Source: a bacterium
Lineage (GTDB): Bacteria > Fidelibacterota > Fidelibacteria > Fidelibacterales > Fidelibacteraceae
Assembly: GCA_963676395.1 (NCBI GenBank)
Contig: OY781066.1
Location: forward strand, 416,001 to 480,000
Direction: 5' to 3'
DNA: 64,000 nt
The translations under genes were made by a program, and so were the position numbers. The notes beneath the pieces were generated by a model. That model saw nothing but the letters and a program-made list of their open reading frames with translations. It was not told where the DNA came from and made no database searches. Below are positions 1 to 9,716 of the stretch, one piece after another. Every line of letters begins with the position of its first letter. Within the stretch, counting starts at the first letter, position 1.

Positions 1-47
1 TTGCATTTTTTTATTACATCATTGCATATCAGTGATGAAATAAACTG

Positions 48-77
48 TTGACAACTTATGATTTAATTTATTATAAT
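48..77 (+). promoter_or_regulatory. sigma70 promoter upstream of acpP
   Basis: TTGACA (48-53), 18 bp spacer, TATAAT (72-77). Confidence 0.65.
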
Positions 78-154
78 CTCATTGAGGCTTTTTATGTTTT
101 TTTAAAAACATTACTAAGACATAAAAAACCTTAAACACACACACGGAGGAAAAA

Positions 155-379
155 ATGAAAGAACAGCTAATCAAACTAATCGCAGAAGAGTTAAGCGTAC
201 CTGAGGAGAAAGTCACACTGGAAGCAAATATCCAGGATGACCTTGGTGCTGATTCTCTTGATGCAATCCAACTGATCATGACCATCGAAAACGAATTTGA
301 TATTACCGTTCCCGAAGAAGAAGCGGAAAATCTTAAGGTGGTTAAAGATGTGTTGAAATATATCGAAGAAAATAAATAA
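155..379 (+). CDS. acpP: Acyl carrier protein
   Basis: 74 aa acidic protein with LGADSLD phosphopantetheine motif; GGAGG RBS. Confidence 0.97.
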   Translation: MKEQLIKLIAEELSVPEEKVTLEANIQDDLGADSLDAIQLIMTIENEFDITVPEEEAENLKVVKDVLKYIEENK

Positions 380-755
380 TCATTGTAAATAGTTGATCAA
401 CTGATTTTCTTTTCTTGCTAGAGAAAGCTTTAACTTGTTGCATAATAATTTATTGACAATCATTGTAGCTTCGTTATTGTTAAACATCCAGTAAAGAAGA
501 ATATTTTAATCAAAACATCATTTAATAAAAATAAACTATTTATTTTTTAATGGATGATGTTACCCATTAAAATTTACAGAAGAGATCAGTGATTTACAGC
601 AAGCAACATGATTTTAATATTTCCAATATTTTTACTTAAAAGCAATATAATTCATTTTGCTCTAGGGATAAGCATATACAACTCTACCCTATCGTAAAAT
701 ATTCTTGCATGATCAGGAAATATTCAACAATTATAATACCGATAAGGAATATATT

Positions 756-1694
756 ATGGCAATAGATAAAGGATCATTTAAAGTTGTCTCCACAGGACGT
801 TTTACCCCTGCGGGAGTTCTTACTAATAAGGACCTGGAAAAGATCGTAGATACATCAGATGAGTGGATTAGTTCAAGAACGGGAATAAAAGAACGTCGCA
901 TAGCCAATGGCCAAACAACATCCGACTTAGCTACCTTGGCTGCAAAAAATGCAATTGAAAAAGTTGCTTACGATAAAAACAAGTTTGACATTATAATTGT
1001 AGCGACATTCACACCTGATATGAGAAGTCCAAGTGTTGCATCATTAGTCCAGGCTAATCTTGATCTTGATAAACCCGGAATCATGACATTTGACATTAAT
1101 GCTGCTTGTACGGGCTTCGTTTACGCCTTAAATATTGCAGAAAGGATGCTTCATAGCGGCTCACACAAAAGCGCACTTGTTATTGGAGCAGAAGTGATCA
1201 GCAAGGTAACGGATTATAAAGATCGAAACACCTGTGTACTTTTTGGAGATGGTGCAGGAGCTGTAATTTTGGAAAAAGATGAAACAAAAGAAGTCATATT
1301 CAATGTTTCATCAAAACCGGATAAAAATTTAATCCTGAATGTTGATGATTATGTGAGCATGAATGGACCCAAAGTATATCAATTTGCATCACGCGTTATT
1401 AAGTCTAGTGTTGAAGAAGTACTCTCATTTGGTAATATTGAAAAATCAAACATTAGTAAGATCATACCTCACCAGGCAAATATCAGGATCATACAAAGTG
1501 CCTCCAAAGCGTTGGATATACCTTTGGATAAATTCTTTGTAAATATTCACAAATATGGTAACACATCAGCTGCAAGTATTCCTATTGCATTAGATGAAAT
1601 GCTTGAAAAAGAAACAGTAAAGCCTAATGAAAAAATTCTTATGGTAGGATTCGGTGCCGGACTTACATATGGCGCAGTGTCCCTAACATATTAA
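756..1694 (+). CDS. fabH: Beta-ketoacyl-ACP synthase III
   Basis: DTSDEWI..RTGIKERR, AACTGF, PHQAN, GNTSAAS motifs; start moved from ORF-track 705 to ATG 756 behind TAAGGA. Confidence 0.95.
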   Translation: MAIDKGSFKVVSTGRFTPAGVLTNKDLEKIVDTSDEWISSRTGIKERRIANGQTTSDLATLAAKNAIEKVAYDKNKFDIIIVATFTPDMRSPSVASLVQANLDLDKPGIMTFDINAACTGFVYALNIAERMLHSGSHKSALVIGAEVISKVTDYKDRNTCVLFGDGAGAVILEKDETKEVIFNVSSKPDKNLILNVDDYVSMNGPKVYQFASRVIKSSVEEVLSFGNIEKSNISKIIPHQANIRIIQSASKALDIPLDKFFVNIHKYGNTSAASIPIALDEMLEKETVKPNEKILMVGFGAGLTYGAVSLTY

Positions 1695-1751
1695 TTTACT
1701 GTAATTTAACGAAAAGAATATTATCTTTCTAAAAACCTAAGAGGTACTGTA

Positions 1752-2498
1752 ATGAATTTAAAAGATAAAGTTGCTCTGGTAACCGGAGGAGCCAGTGGGA
1801 TTGGTGAAGCCATTAGCACAAAACTAGCTAAAGAAGGTGCACATGTAATCGTCAATTACAACCACTCCGAAGCTAAAGCTAGGGCACTCTGTGAAAAACT
1901 TACTCAAGAGGGATTGATCTGCAGTTCTTACCAAGGAGATGTCAGTAAATTCGAAGAGACACAAACTTTAGCAAAAAAGATCATTAGTAATCATGGAAAA
2001 ATCGACATTCTGGTGAACAATGCCGGGATCACAAAGGATCAACTATTATTTAGAATGACAGAAGATGATTTTGATCGCGTGATTGAGACCAACTTAAAAG
2101 GTAGCTGGAACATGATTAAAGCCGTTTCAATGCCCATGAGCAAAGCAAAGTTCGGAAAGATCATCAACATCACATCAATTTCAGGTGTCATGGGTAATGC
2201 AGGACAAACGAATTATTCGGCCTCAAAAGCAGGACTCATTGGGTTAACCAAATCGGTCGCTAGAGAATTTGCTAAAAGAAATATTACATGTAATGCGGTT
2301 GCTCCGGGTTTTATAGAAACTAATATGACCGCTGAACTTCCAGAAAGTTTAAAAGAAAAATACATTCAACAGATCCCAGTCGGAAGATACGGACATGCTG
2401 AAGACGTTGCTTCCTTAGTAAACTTTTTGGTTAGCAATGAAGCAAACTATATTACCGGCCAGGTCGTCCACGTTGACGGTGGCCTAGTTATGAATTAG
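1752..2498 (+). CDS. fabG: 3-oxoacyl-ACP reductase
   Basis: TGGASGIG, NNAGIT, NYSASKAG, VAPGFIET, VDGG motifs; fab context. Confidence 0.95.
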   Translation: MNLKDKVALVTGGASGIGEAISTKLAKEGAHVIVNYNHSEAKARALCEKLTQEGLICSSYQGDVSKFEETQTLAKKIISNHGKIDILVNNAGITKDQLLFRMTEDDFDRVIETNLKGSWNMIKAVSMPMSKAKFGKIINITSISGVMGNAGQTNYSASKAGLIGLTKSVAREFAKRNITCNAVAPGFIETNMTAELPESLKEKYIQQIPVGRYGHAEDVASLVNFLVSNEANYITGQVVHVDGGLVMN

Positions 2499-2509
2499 GA
2501 GATAAAAAA

Positions 2510-3748
2510 ATGAAACGAAGAGTAGTTATTACGGGACTGGGAACTGTGAATGCGATCGGTAATGATGTCAAATCTACTTGGAAAAGTGTACTGATCGGTA
2601 AAAATGGTATAGACAACATCACGCTATATGATAATTCAGAACATAAGCCTTACTTAGCCGGTGAAGTAAAAGATCTCATACCCGAAGATCATATTCCTCC
2701 AAAGGAAGTGCGCCGTTTGGACAGAACAACTATCCTGGGACTTATTGCGGCAAAGGAAGCATATGAGGATAGTAAACTAGGCGAAGCAAAGGTCGACAAT
2801 GACCGCTTTGGTGTTTTTGTTGGTAGTGGCATTGGTGGTCTTGGGACTATATATAATGAAACGAAAAAGGCAATTGAAAAAGGACCGGAACGCATGAGTC
2901 CTTTTTTCATCCCCAATTCCATAGTAAATCTGGTGGGTGGCAATATTGCCATCAAGTACAATGCAAGAGGTCCGGCAATTCCAATCGTTACGGCATGTTC
3001 TTCAGCAACAAATTCCATTGGAGAAGCATTCCGATACATTCGCGACGGATATTTGGATATTATTATGGCCGGTGGTGCCGAAGCACCGATCAATGTACTT
3101 GGGGTTGGCGGTTTTTCAAAAATGAAAGCTATCTCTCCCAGTTTAGATAAAAATCGTGCATCGATTCCATTTGATAAAGAACGATCCGGTTTTGTCATAG
3201 CAGAAGGTGCTGGGATTCTCATATTAGAAGACTTGGAACATGCAAAAAAACGAAATGCAAAAATTCATGCAGAGATAGTTGGTTACAACACAAATTGTGA
3301 TGCCTTTCATATCACTCAACCGGATGAAAGTGCTTCAGGTATAATCAAATGTATGAAAAACGCTCTTTCAGATGCAGATATTGAACCCGAAAGCATTGAT
3401 TATATTAATCCACACGGTACTTCAACATTTTATAATGACCGCGTAGAAAGTAAAGGGATCAGAGAAGCGTTTGGCGATTATGCATATAAAGTAAGTATCG
3501 GGGCTACCAAATCCATGCATGGGCACTCCCTAGGAGCAGTAGGTGGAGTTGAATCGGTTATTACAATAAAAGCTATTCAAGAAAATATTGTACCTCCTAC
3601 GATCAATTATAGCGTAAAAGACCCGGATTGTGATCTTGACTATACCCCAAATAAACATAAAAATCGTACAATTCGTTATGCTTTGAAAAATAGCTTAGGA
3701 TTTGGTGGTCATAATGCTACCCTTATCTTTAAAAAATGGGAAGATTAA
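2510..3748 (+). CDS. fabF: Beta-ketoacyl-ACP synthase II
   Basis: MKRRVVITGLG, TACSS, HGTST, KSMHGHSLGA, GFGGHN motifs. Confidence 0.96.
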   Translation: MKRRVVITGLGTVNAIGNDVKSTWKSVLIGKNGIDNITLYDNSEHKPYLAGEVKDLIPEDHIPPKEVRRLDRTTILGLIAAKEAYEDSKLGEAKVDNDRFGVFVGSGIGGLGTIYNETKKAIEKGPERMSPFFIPNSIVNLVGGNIAIKYNARGPAIPIVTACSSATNSIGEAFRYIRDGYLDIIMAGGAEAPINVLGVGGFSKMKAISPSLDKNRASIPFDKERSGFVIAEGAGILILEDLEHAKKRNAKIHAEIVGYNTNCDAFHITQPDESASGIIKCMKNALSDADIEPESIDYINPHGTSTFYNDRVESKGIREAFGDYAYKVSIGATKSMHGHSLGAVGGVESVITIKAIQENIVPPTINYSVKDPDCDLDYTPNKHKNRTIRYALKNSLGFGGHNATLIFKKWED

Positions 3749-3749
3749 C

Positions 3750-4175
3750 ATGTTATTAGATAAAACTCAAATCCAGGAGATCATTCCACATCGTGATCCC
3801 TTTTTACTAATTGATAAAGTACTAGATTTGAAACCGGGCGACTCGGCCATCGGCGAAAAATATGTATCTCCCCAAGAAGATTTTTTCAGAGGCCACTTCC
3901 CCAGTGAACCGGTCATGCCAGGTGTATTGATTATAGAGTCCATTGCGCAAACCGGTGCAATTACACTTTTATCCCTTCCTGAAAATAAAGGGAAAAGTGT
4001 TTATTTTGGAGGACTTAAAAACGCCAAATTCAAAAGAAAAGTCATTCCTGGAGATACCCTACGTTTAGAAGTAAAATTAACAAAAGTAAAAGCAAAATTC
4101 GGAGTTGGTACAGGCAAAGCATATGTGGGAGAAGAACTCGCATGTGAAGCAGAATTTATCTTCTCGTATATGTAA
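3750..4175 (+). CDS. fabZ: 3-hydroxyacyl-ACP dehydratase
   Basis: IPHRDPFLLID, FFRGHFP, PVMPGVLIIE motifs; ATG 3750 follows the fabF stop. Confidence 0.95.
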   Translation: MLLDKTQIQEIIPHRDPFLLIDKVLDLKPGDSAIGEKYVSPQEDFFRGHFPSEPVMPGVLIIESIAQTGAITLLSLPENKGKSVYFGGLKNAKFKRKVIPGDTLRLEVKLTKVKAKFGVGTGKAYVGEELACEAEFIFSYM

Positions 4176-4194
4176 AAAATACCGTAAATAATAA

Positions 4195-4234
4195 AAAACC
4201 GGAGACATTATTCATCAATAGTGTTTCCGGTTTT
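4195..4234. terminator. Intrinsic terminator, probably bidirectional, between fabZ and plsX
   Basis: AAAACCGGAGACATTATT...AATAGTGTTTCCGGTTTT inverted repeat between convergent genes. Confidence 0.75.
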
Positions 4235-4354
4235 GCAATGTAAGTTTCTTTCTGTTTAAGCACTACAAACTTAAAAAAAGAAAATTATTTTATCATTCTA
4301 GAGTTTATTGAAAAAATTAAAATAACAAGATCCCCTATATTTCATAAAATAAAA

Positions 4355-5401
4355 TTAGCTAAGATTTTTATCCGATTCATACTGCGAGATCGATTCACGC
4401 ATTACACCTATTACATCATCTTGTGCTGCTTGAATGGCAACCTTTAAAGCATTTTTAAATGCATAAGCTGTTGATCTACCATGCGCTTTTATAATGATCT
4501 TATCATATCCAAAGATAGGTGCACCGCCATATTCTTCATAACTGGAAACCTTCATTATCTCTTTGATTCCCCCTGATAAACACAATAAACCTAATTTCCA
4601 GATCAGTTTACCCTTCATTGCCATCTTCGCAAGTTTTTTAACGGCTTCAGAGGTACCTTCGATGGTTTTCATGGCAATATTTCCGGTTAAACCTTCCGTT
4701 ACAACCACATCAGCCTTTCCTTTCATCAAATCATTACCTTCGATATTACCAATAAAATTAATATCGTCTCTAGAAGATAATAATTGATAAGCGGCTTTCA
4801 TTGTTTCGTTTCCCTTGTGTGACTCAGCTCCAATATTCAGTAATCCAACCGTTGGATTTTCAACTTTCAGGATTTTCTTCTTATAGCTGATACCCATATA
4901 TGCATAATGAACCAGATCATCAGGCGAGTTCACAACATTTGCTCCAATATCAAGCAACAATGAAAATATTTTACTTCTTTTTTGCTCATTAAGCGTTGGA
5001 TAAATAGTACCCAAAGCCGTGCGTCTTACTCCCGGTATGCGCTTTATTTGAAGCGCAACAGAAAGCACAACAGCGCCTGTACTTCCTGCTGAAACCATGG
5101 CATCTGCCCTACCTTCTCTTAACATCTTGGCTGCTAAACGAACTGAGGCATTGGGTTTTTCTTTAATGGCTACTTTGGGAGAATCCTCGTTAGTAATCAT
5201 TTCAGAGGTATGAACAATCTCTATTTGTTCTTCATTATATTTATGTTTTGTAAGCTCTTGTTTAATCTTGCTTTCATCCCCAACTAAAATTAAATGTGCA
5301 GGAGATTCCAGGGTCATTTGACAGGCGCCGGCAACCGTGATCCCGGGCGCATGATCTCCCCCCATTGCATCAATAACTATTCGAATTTTTGAATTAGACA
5401 T
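4355..5401 (-). CDS. plsX: Phosphate acyltransferase PlsX
   Basis: IDAMGGDHAP, SAGSTGA, LLNIGAESHKG, FIGNIEGND, KAHGRS; ATG at 5401 behind GGAGG. Confidence 0.95.
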   Translation of the reverse strand: MSNSKIRIVIDAMGGDHAPGITVAGACQMTLESPAHLILVGDESKIKQELTKHKYNEEQIEIVHTSEMITNEDSPKVAIKEKPNASVRLAAKMLREGRADAMVSAGSTGAVVLSVALQIKRIPGVRRTALGTIYPTLNEQKRSKIFSLLLDIGANVVNSPDDLVHYAYMGISYKKKILKVENPTVGLLNIGAESHKGNETMKAAYQLLSSRDDINFIGNIEGNDLMKGKADVVVTEGLTGNIAMKTIEGTSEAVKKLAKMAMKGKLIWKLGLLCLSGGIKEIMKVSSYEEYGGAPIFGYDKIIIKAHGRSTAYAFKNALKVAIQAAQDDVIGVMRESISQYESDKNLS

Positions 5402-5503
5402 TTTTCCTCCATTGTGTGTTAGCAATAATCTAAGCCATTTTTATGCAGGGGTCTATATATTTTTTTGAGTAGTTGTCACTCTCAGTTCTTTATTTATTTC
5501 CAA

Positions 5504-5532
5504 TTGCACTTATTTATAAAAATAATTAAATT
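5504..5532 (+). promoter_or_regulatory. sigma70 promoter pointing into the structured intergenic element
   Basis: TTGCAC (5504-5509), 17 bp, TAAATT (5527-5532); no credible + strand CDS downstream. Confidence 0.55.
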
Positions 5533-5538
5533 ACGCGT

Positions 5539-5695
5539 AATTGTCATTGTCGTTTACGATTCAAATTCTGGCGGATTTCAATTCATTACAATGAAACGAC
5601 AACCGACGCTCGTAAGAGCGGGGGTTGCTCCTCATTGTAAGGGTTTGCCAGAAACCCGAATCGTGCGGTTGTTAGTCCCCGCTTTTGACTAACAA
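5539..5695 (+). ncRNA. Putative structured ncRNA (rod-like hairpin plus 3' hairpin), family unassigned, possibly 6S-like
   Basis: Nested complementary arms ACGATTC/GAATCGT, TTCTGGC/GCCAGAA, TTACAATGA/TCATTGTAA, CAACC/GGTTG, CGCTC-GTAA-GAGCG; then TTGTTAGTC/GACTAACAA; GC-rich patch in an AT-rich spacer. Strand not certain. Confidence 0.55.
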
Positions 5696-5734
5696 AATAC
5701 TTATAAGCCAAAACCAGTCACTCATAATAAATAT

Positions 5735-7828
5735 TTAGTTACTGATAGCTATTTCAAAATCAGCTTGAGCACGTGACATATTTATCTTTACCACTCTAAC
5801 ATTCAGTTTATCGCCCAATCTATATTTTTCACCTGACCTAAGGCCTGAAAGTTGATGATATTTTTTTTCATAATCCCAAATATCTGAAGGTAGAGAATCT
5901 CTACGGACATATCCCTCAACAAATATATTTTCCAGCTCAACCCAAAAACCACCGGGAGATACGCCTGAAATAATGCCAGGAAATACATCTCCCAAATGAT
6001 TCGATATATATCGCATTTGCTTGATCTTATGATACTCTCTTTCAGCTTCTAAAGCTCTCAGCTCAGATGCGGAACACTTTTTAGCGACTTCTTTTAACTT
6101 GCTTTTTAGCTCGGGATTATAAAATTGCCCCTTGATGTACAACTTTAACAAACGATGAACTATCAAATCGGGATATCGTCTGATAGGTGATGTAAAATGC
6201 GTATAATCATCAAAGGCTAGACCGAAATGTCCCACAGGTTTTACACTATACTTGGCTTTGGTCATTGTACGAAGAGCAAGCTTCATGACATAAGGAGAAT
6301 CATTTTGTTTGAGAATTGATTTTAAAGCTTTCTGAAACTTCTTAGATGTAATAGGCATTCCGAAAAAAGTTACATTCAATCCAAAAGCATCCATTAATGC
6401 AAACCATTCATAAATACTGTCCGCCTCGGGAATATCGTGGATTCTATAAATAAAGGGGACGGTTGTCCCACGAGATCGAGCAAACTTTGCAACACTTTGA
6501 TTTGCCAACAACATAAATTCTTCAACAATATGATGTGACCACATTCTTTCCCGTAAGGTAATACTGATAGGAATGCCTTTATCATTCAATTTATATTGCG
6601 GTTCAGGCAAATCGAAATCAATACTTCCTTCATTTATTCGCTTTTTGTTCAATAACTTTGCCAATTCACTCATACGAATTAATTCTTTTACATAATCCCC
6701 ATCGCCTTTATCAAGAATGCTTTGAGCTTCAGTGTAAGTGAATCGTCGTTTACTGTGAATAATGGAATTGAACACATCATACTTGATACATTCCCCGGTT
6801 TTTGTTACGGTCATCAAAACCGACATGGCAAGTCTGTCTTGATTCGGTTGAAGCGAACATAATTCGGTAGAAAGTTTTTCAGGGAGCATATGCACAACGT
6901 GATCTGTAAAATAAACAGATGTCCCTCTTAAAATAGCATCATCATCTAGCGGAGTATTTTCACAAACATAATGAGCTACATCGGCAATATGGACCCCCAA
7001 CAAATAATGACCTTCTTCTGTAATCTCAATCGAAACTGCATCATCATAATCTTTGGCGTCATCAGGATCTATTGTAAAACAATCTAAGCCTCGAAGATCC
7101 CGTCGTTCAGGATCATTCGGGATACTAAATTCAAGCTCATCCACATACTTCATTGTTAGATCAGAAAAAGCGTCGGGTATATTATGCTTATTGGCGACCA
7201 TCACGGCATCAAATTCCGCCACCTGTTCTTTCCCAATAATACTAACAATCTCTCCACGATGACGCTCTCCTCCCTTACGCCAATCCGTAATACGTGCCAT
7301 AATATATTCACCTTCTTGAGGTTCCAGTCCATTGAATTTTTCCAGAATGATCTCATTTTGAAGATGATGTATTGCGGGAATTGCCAATTCGTATCCACGC
7401 AATTGGTGATATGTACATACAAATTTATCTTTACGACGTTCAATTATTCGTGTAACATGCCCTTCGCGATCTTTATCTCCGGCTTGCTTACGATGTAAAA
7501 CCAAAGCTACGGTATCACCGTGACAGGCACTTAGAAGATTGTGCTCTGATATATGTATCTTTTGTCCGTCTTCCAGATGAACAAAAGCAAATCCACGAGG
7601 ATGCATATCAATAGCACCCTGTACTTCGCCACTTTGATCAACCAAACCATAGGAATTACCTTTAAAACGATACAATTTCCCCTCTCTAGCCATGTTTTTT
7701 ACGGTATCTCTAAAGAATGGATATTCGTGGCTATCGATGTTCAGTTTATCTGCAAATTGTTTGATCTTAAGACGTGAATGAGGTTTCACCTTAAGATATT
7801 TCATGATCATGTTAGAATAGTTTTTCAT
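5735..7828 (-). CDS. rnr: Ribonuclease R
   Basis: TIDPDDAKDYDDA RNB catalytic motif, YTHFTSPIRRYPDL, N-terminal cold-shock and C-terminal S1 domains. Confidence 0.95.
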   Translation of the reverse strand: MKNYSNMIMKYLKVKPHSRLKIKQFADKLNIDSHEYPFFRDTVKNMAREGKLYRFKGNSYGLVDQSGEVQGAIDMHPRGFAFVHLEDGQKIHISEHNLLSACHGDTVALVLHRKQAGDKDREGHVTRIIERRKDKFVCTYHQLRGYELAIPAIHHLQNEIILEKFNGLEPQEGEYIMARITDWRKGGERHRGEIVSIIGKEQVAEFDAVMVANKHNIPDAFSDLTMKYVDELEFSIPNDPERRDLRGLDCFTIDPDDAKDYDDAVSIEITEEGHYLLGVHIADVAHYVCENTPLDDDAILRGTSVYFTDHVVHMLPEKLSTELCSLQPNQDRLAMSVLMTVTKTGECIKYDVFNSIIHSKRRFTYTEAQSILDKGDGDYVKELIRMSELAKLLNKKRINEGSIDFDLPEPQYKLNDKGIPISITLRERMWSHHIVEEFMLLANQSVAKFARSRGTTVPFIYRIHDIPEADSIYEWFALMDAFGLNVTFFGMPITSKKFQKALKSILKQNDSPYVMKLALRTMTKAKYSVKPVGHFGLAFDDYTHFTSPIRRYPDLIVHRLLKLYIKGQFYNPELKSKLKEVAKKCSASELRALEAEREYHKIKQMRYISNHLGDVFPGIISGVSPGGFWVELENIFVEGYVRRDSLPSDIWDYEKKYHQLSGLRSGEKYRLGDKLNVRVVKINMSRAQADFEIAISN

Positions 7829-8068
7829 TGTTGAAAAATACTATATCGCAAGATAATATCCCAGTCTTCTTTTCAATAGACTTTGTCTTAAAGTCAAAGT
7901 TGTTAAATTCTCAAAATAATACTCAATTCTCTTTATCGCCCTGCAATAACTTTATTTCATTGACGGATCTTCAAGCTTTTACTTTTCTTTTTCCTTTATA
8001 CTTTTGCCTTTTGTCTTGAATGGTTATATTAGGCAGTAATTTACAACAAAATTTTAAAAGGGCACATC

Positions 8069-8338
8069 ATGGCCAGACACGCAGCAAAAGTCGGACGGGT
8101 AATAGGGATCATCCTAATTGCAGCCATCATTGGTGGAGCATTGGGACATCTTTTCGCAAACATTCTACCAGCAGGGCCGGTAAAAGATTTCTTTGGAGTG
8201 AATTTCCCAATTGGATTTAACAATTTCACACTCAATCTGTACTTTTTGGAATTCACGTTGGGATTTAGGATCCATATTAATTTCTTAAGTGTGATCGGTG
8301 TTCTTGTCGGCTACTATATCATGCGCTTTACCAGATAA
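8069..8338 (+). CDS. Small membrane protein, DUF4321-like
   Basis: 89 aa with two hydrophobic ends and a [24 protein letters not shown] pattern; directly upstream of gatA. Confidence 0.7.
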   Translation: MARHAAKVGRVIGIILIAAIIGGALGHLFANILPAGPVKDFFGVNFPIGFNNFTLNLYFLEFTLGFRIHINFLSVIGVLVGYYIMRFTR

Positions 8339-8349
8339 AAGAGGAAAAC

Positions 8350-9705
8350 ATGTCAAAACTTATTCAGGAATTTTTAAAACGATATAATGATACACTTGAT
8401 TTGAATATCATGACTCAGGTTAATGAAAAGTGGTTGACCGAGCATGAGAACGAACAAGCTAAAATAAAAGGACCGCTTTCCGGTAAGCTTATCGCCATTA
8501 AAGATAATATGAATGTTACGGGATTGCAGACTTCCTGCGGCTCTGAATTCTTAAAGAATTATATCGCTCCCTATGATGCTACCGTGATCGAAAAAATTAA
8601 AAAAGCCGGTGGAATTATTGTAGGCAAAGCAAATCAAGATGAATTTGCCATGGGTTCTTCAAATGAATATTCAGCCTTTGGCCCAACTAAAAATCCTGTA
8701 AATCCCAACCATGTACCGGGTGGTTCCAGTGGTGGTTCTGCGGCAGCTGTTGCAGCCGGCTTGGTTGATTATGCTTTAGGTTCAGATACAGGTGGTTCTA
8801 TCCGCCAACCTGCCGGCTTTTGTGGTGTTGTCGGACTTAAACCAACTTATGGTCGTGTATCCCGTTACGGATTAACAGCTTTTGCATCATCATTGGATCA
8901 GATTGGTCCCATCACGAAAACAGTTAAGCAATCAGCAGAACTTCTTCAGGTTATCGCCGGTAAAGATCCTAACGATGCAAGCTCTGCCGAGGTTGATGTG
9001 GAAGATTATGTTGCTACGTTAAATAATGATTCTGTCAAGACTATCGGCGTCCCATACCATCTATTACAAGAAGGTTTAGACCCCGAAGTAAAAGCGCGTA
9101 TAGAAGAAGCAATCGAGATGTTAAAAAAAGATGGAAAAGAGATCAAAGAGATCGAACTTCCATACTTAAAATATTCAATCGCAGCTTACTACATTCTTGC
9201 TACAGCAGAAGCTTCATCAAACCTTGCCCGCTTTGACGGGGTTCGTTATGGTGCACGCAAAGAAGGTGATGTTGAGAGCATTAATGAGTTTTATGCCAAG
9301 AATCGTGAAGCGGGTTTTGGGCCAGAAGTCAAACGACGCATCATGTTAGGCACCTATGTTCTTTCATCGGGATATTACGATGCATACTATGCAAAAGCTC
9401 AAAAAGTCCGCAGACTAATCTATGAAGATTTCCAAAAAGCATATGATAAAGTGGATGCCATCATCTTACCGACTTGTCCAACACCGGCTTTTAAGATCGG
9501 TGAACTCGTCAATGACCCTATGGCTATGTACTTAAGTGATATCTTTACCGTTTCGATTAATATTGCCGGTATCCCGGGAATTTCGGTTCCCGTTGGGAAA
9601 ACTGAAGGCGGATTACCTGTCGGAATGCAAATTCTTGGGAACCTCTACGAGGAAGGCAAAATATTACAATTAGCCCAACGAGTGGAAATACTGCAAAACT
9701 CATAA
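8350..9705 (+). CDS. gatA: Asp/Glu-tRNA amidotransferase subunit A
   Basis: [54 protein letters not shown]. Confidence 0.96.
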   Translation: MSKLIQEFLKRYNDTLDLNIMTQVNEKWLTEHENEQAKIKGPLSGKLIAIKDNMNVTGLQTSCGSEFLKNYIAPYDATVIEKIKKAGGIIVGKANQDEFAMGSSNEYSAFGPTKNPVNPNHVPGGSSGGSAAAVAAGLVDYALGSDTGGSIRQPAGFCGVVGLKPTYGRVSRYGLTAFASSLDQIGPITKTVKQSAELLQVIAGKDPNDASSAEVDVEDYVATLNNDSVKTIGVPYHLLQEGLDPEVKARIEEAIEMLKKDGKEIKEIELPYLKYSIAAYYILATAEASSNLARFDGVRYGARKEGDVESINEFYAKNREAGFGPEVKRRIMLGTYVLSSGYYDAYYAKAQKVRRLIYEDFQKAYDKVDAIILPTCPTPAFKIGELVNDPMAMYLSDIFTVSINIAGIPGISVPVGKTEGGLPVGMQILGNLYEEGKILQLAQRVEILQNS

Positions 9706-9716
9706 CGGATTATTAT

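Noticed and set aside
5465..5692. 75 aa ORF over the structured element, including a 33 aa ATG-started sub-ORF from 5591
   Set aside because: No RBS and no recognisable motif; the sequence is better explained by base pairing. A small peptide cannot be strictly excluded.
5556..5695. SRP RNA, c-di-GMP riboswitch, retron ncRNA or integron attC
   Set aside because: No CAGG/GGAA/AGCAG SRP motif; no GACGCAAA riboswitch partner; no reverse transcriptase or integrase nearby; the GTTAGTC...GACTAAC boxes are in the wrong order and too close for attC.
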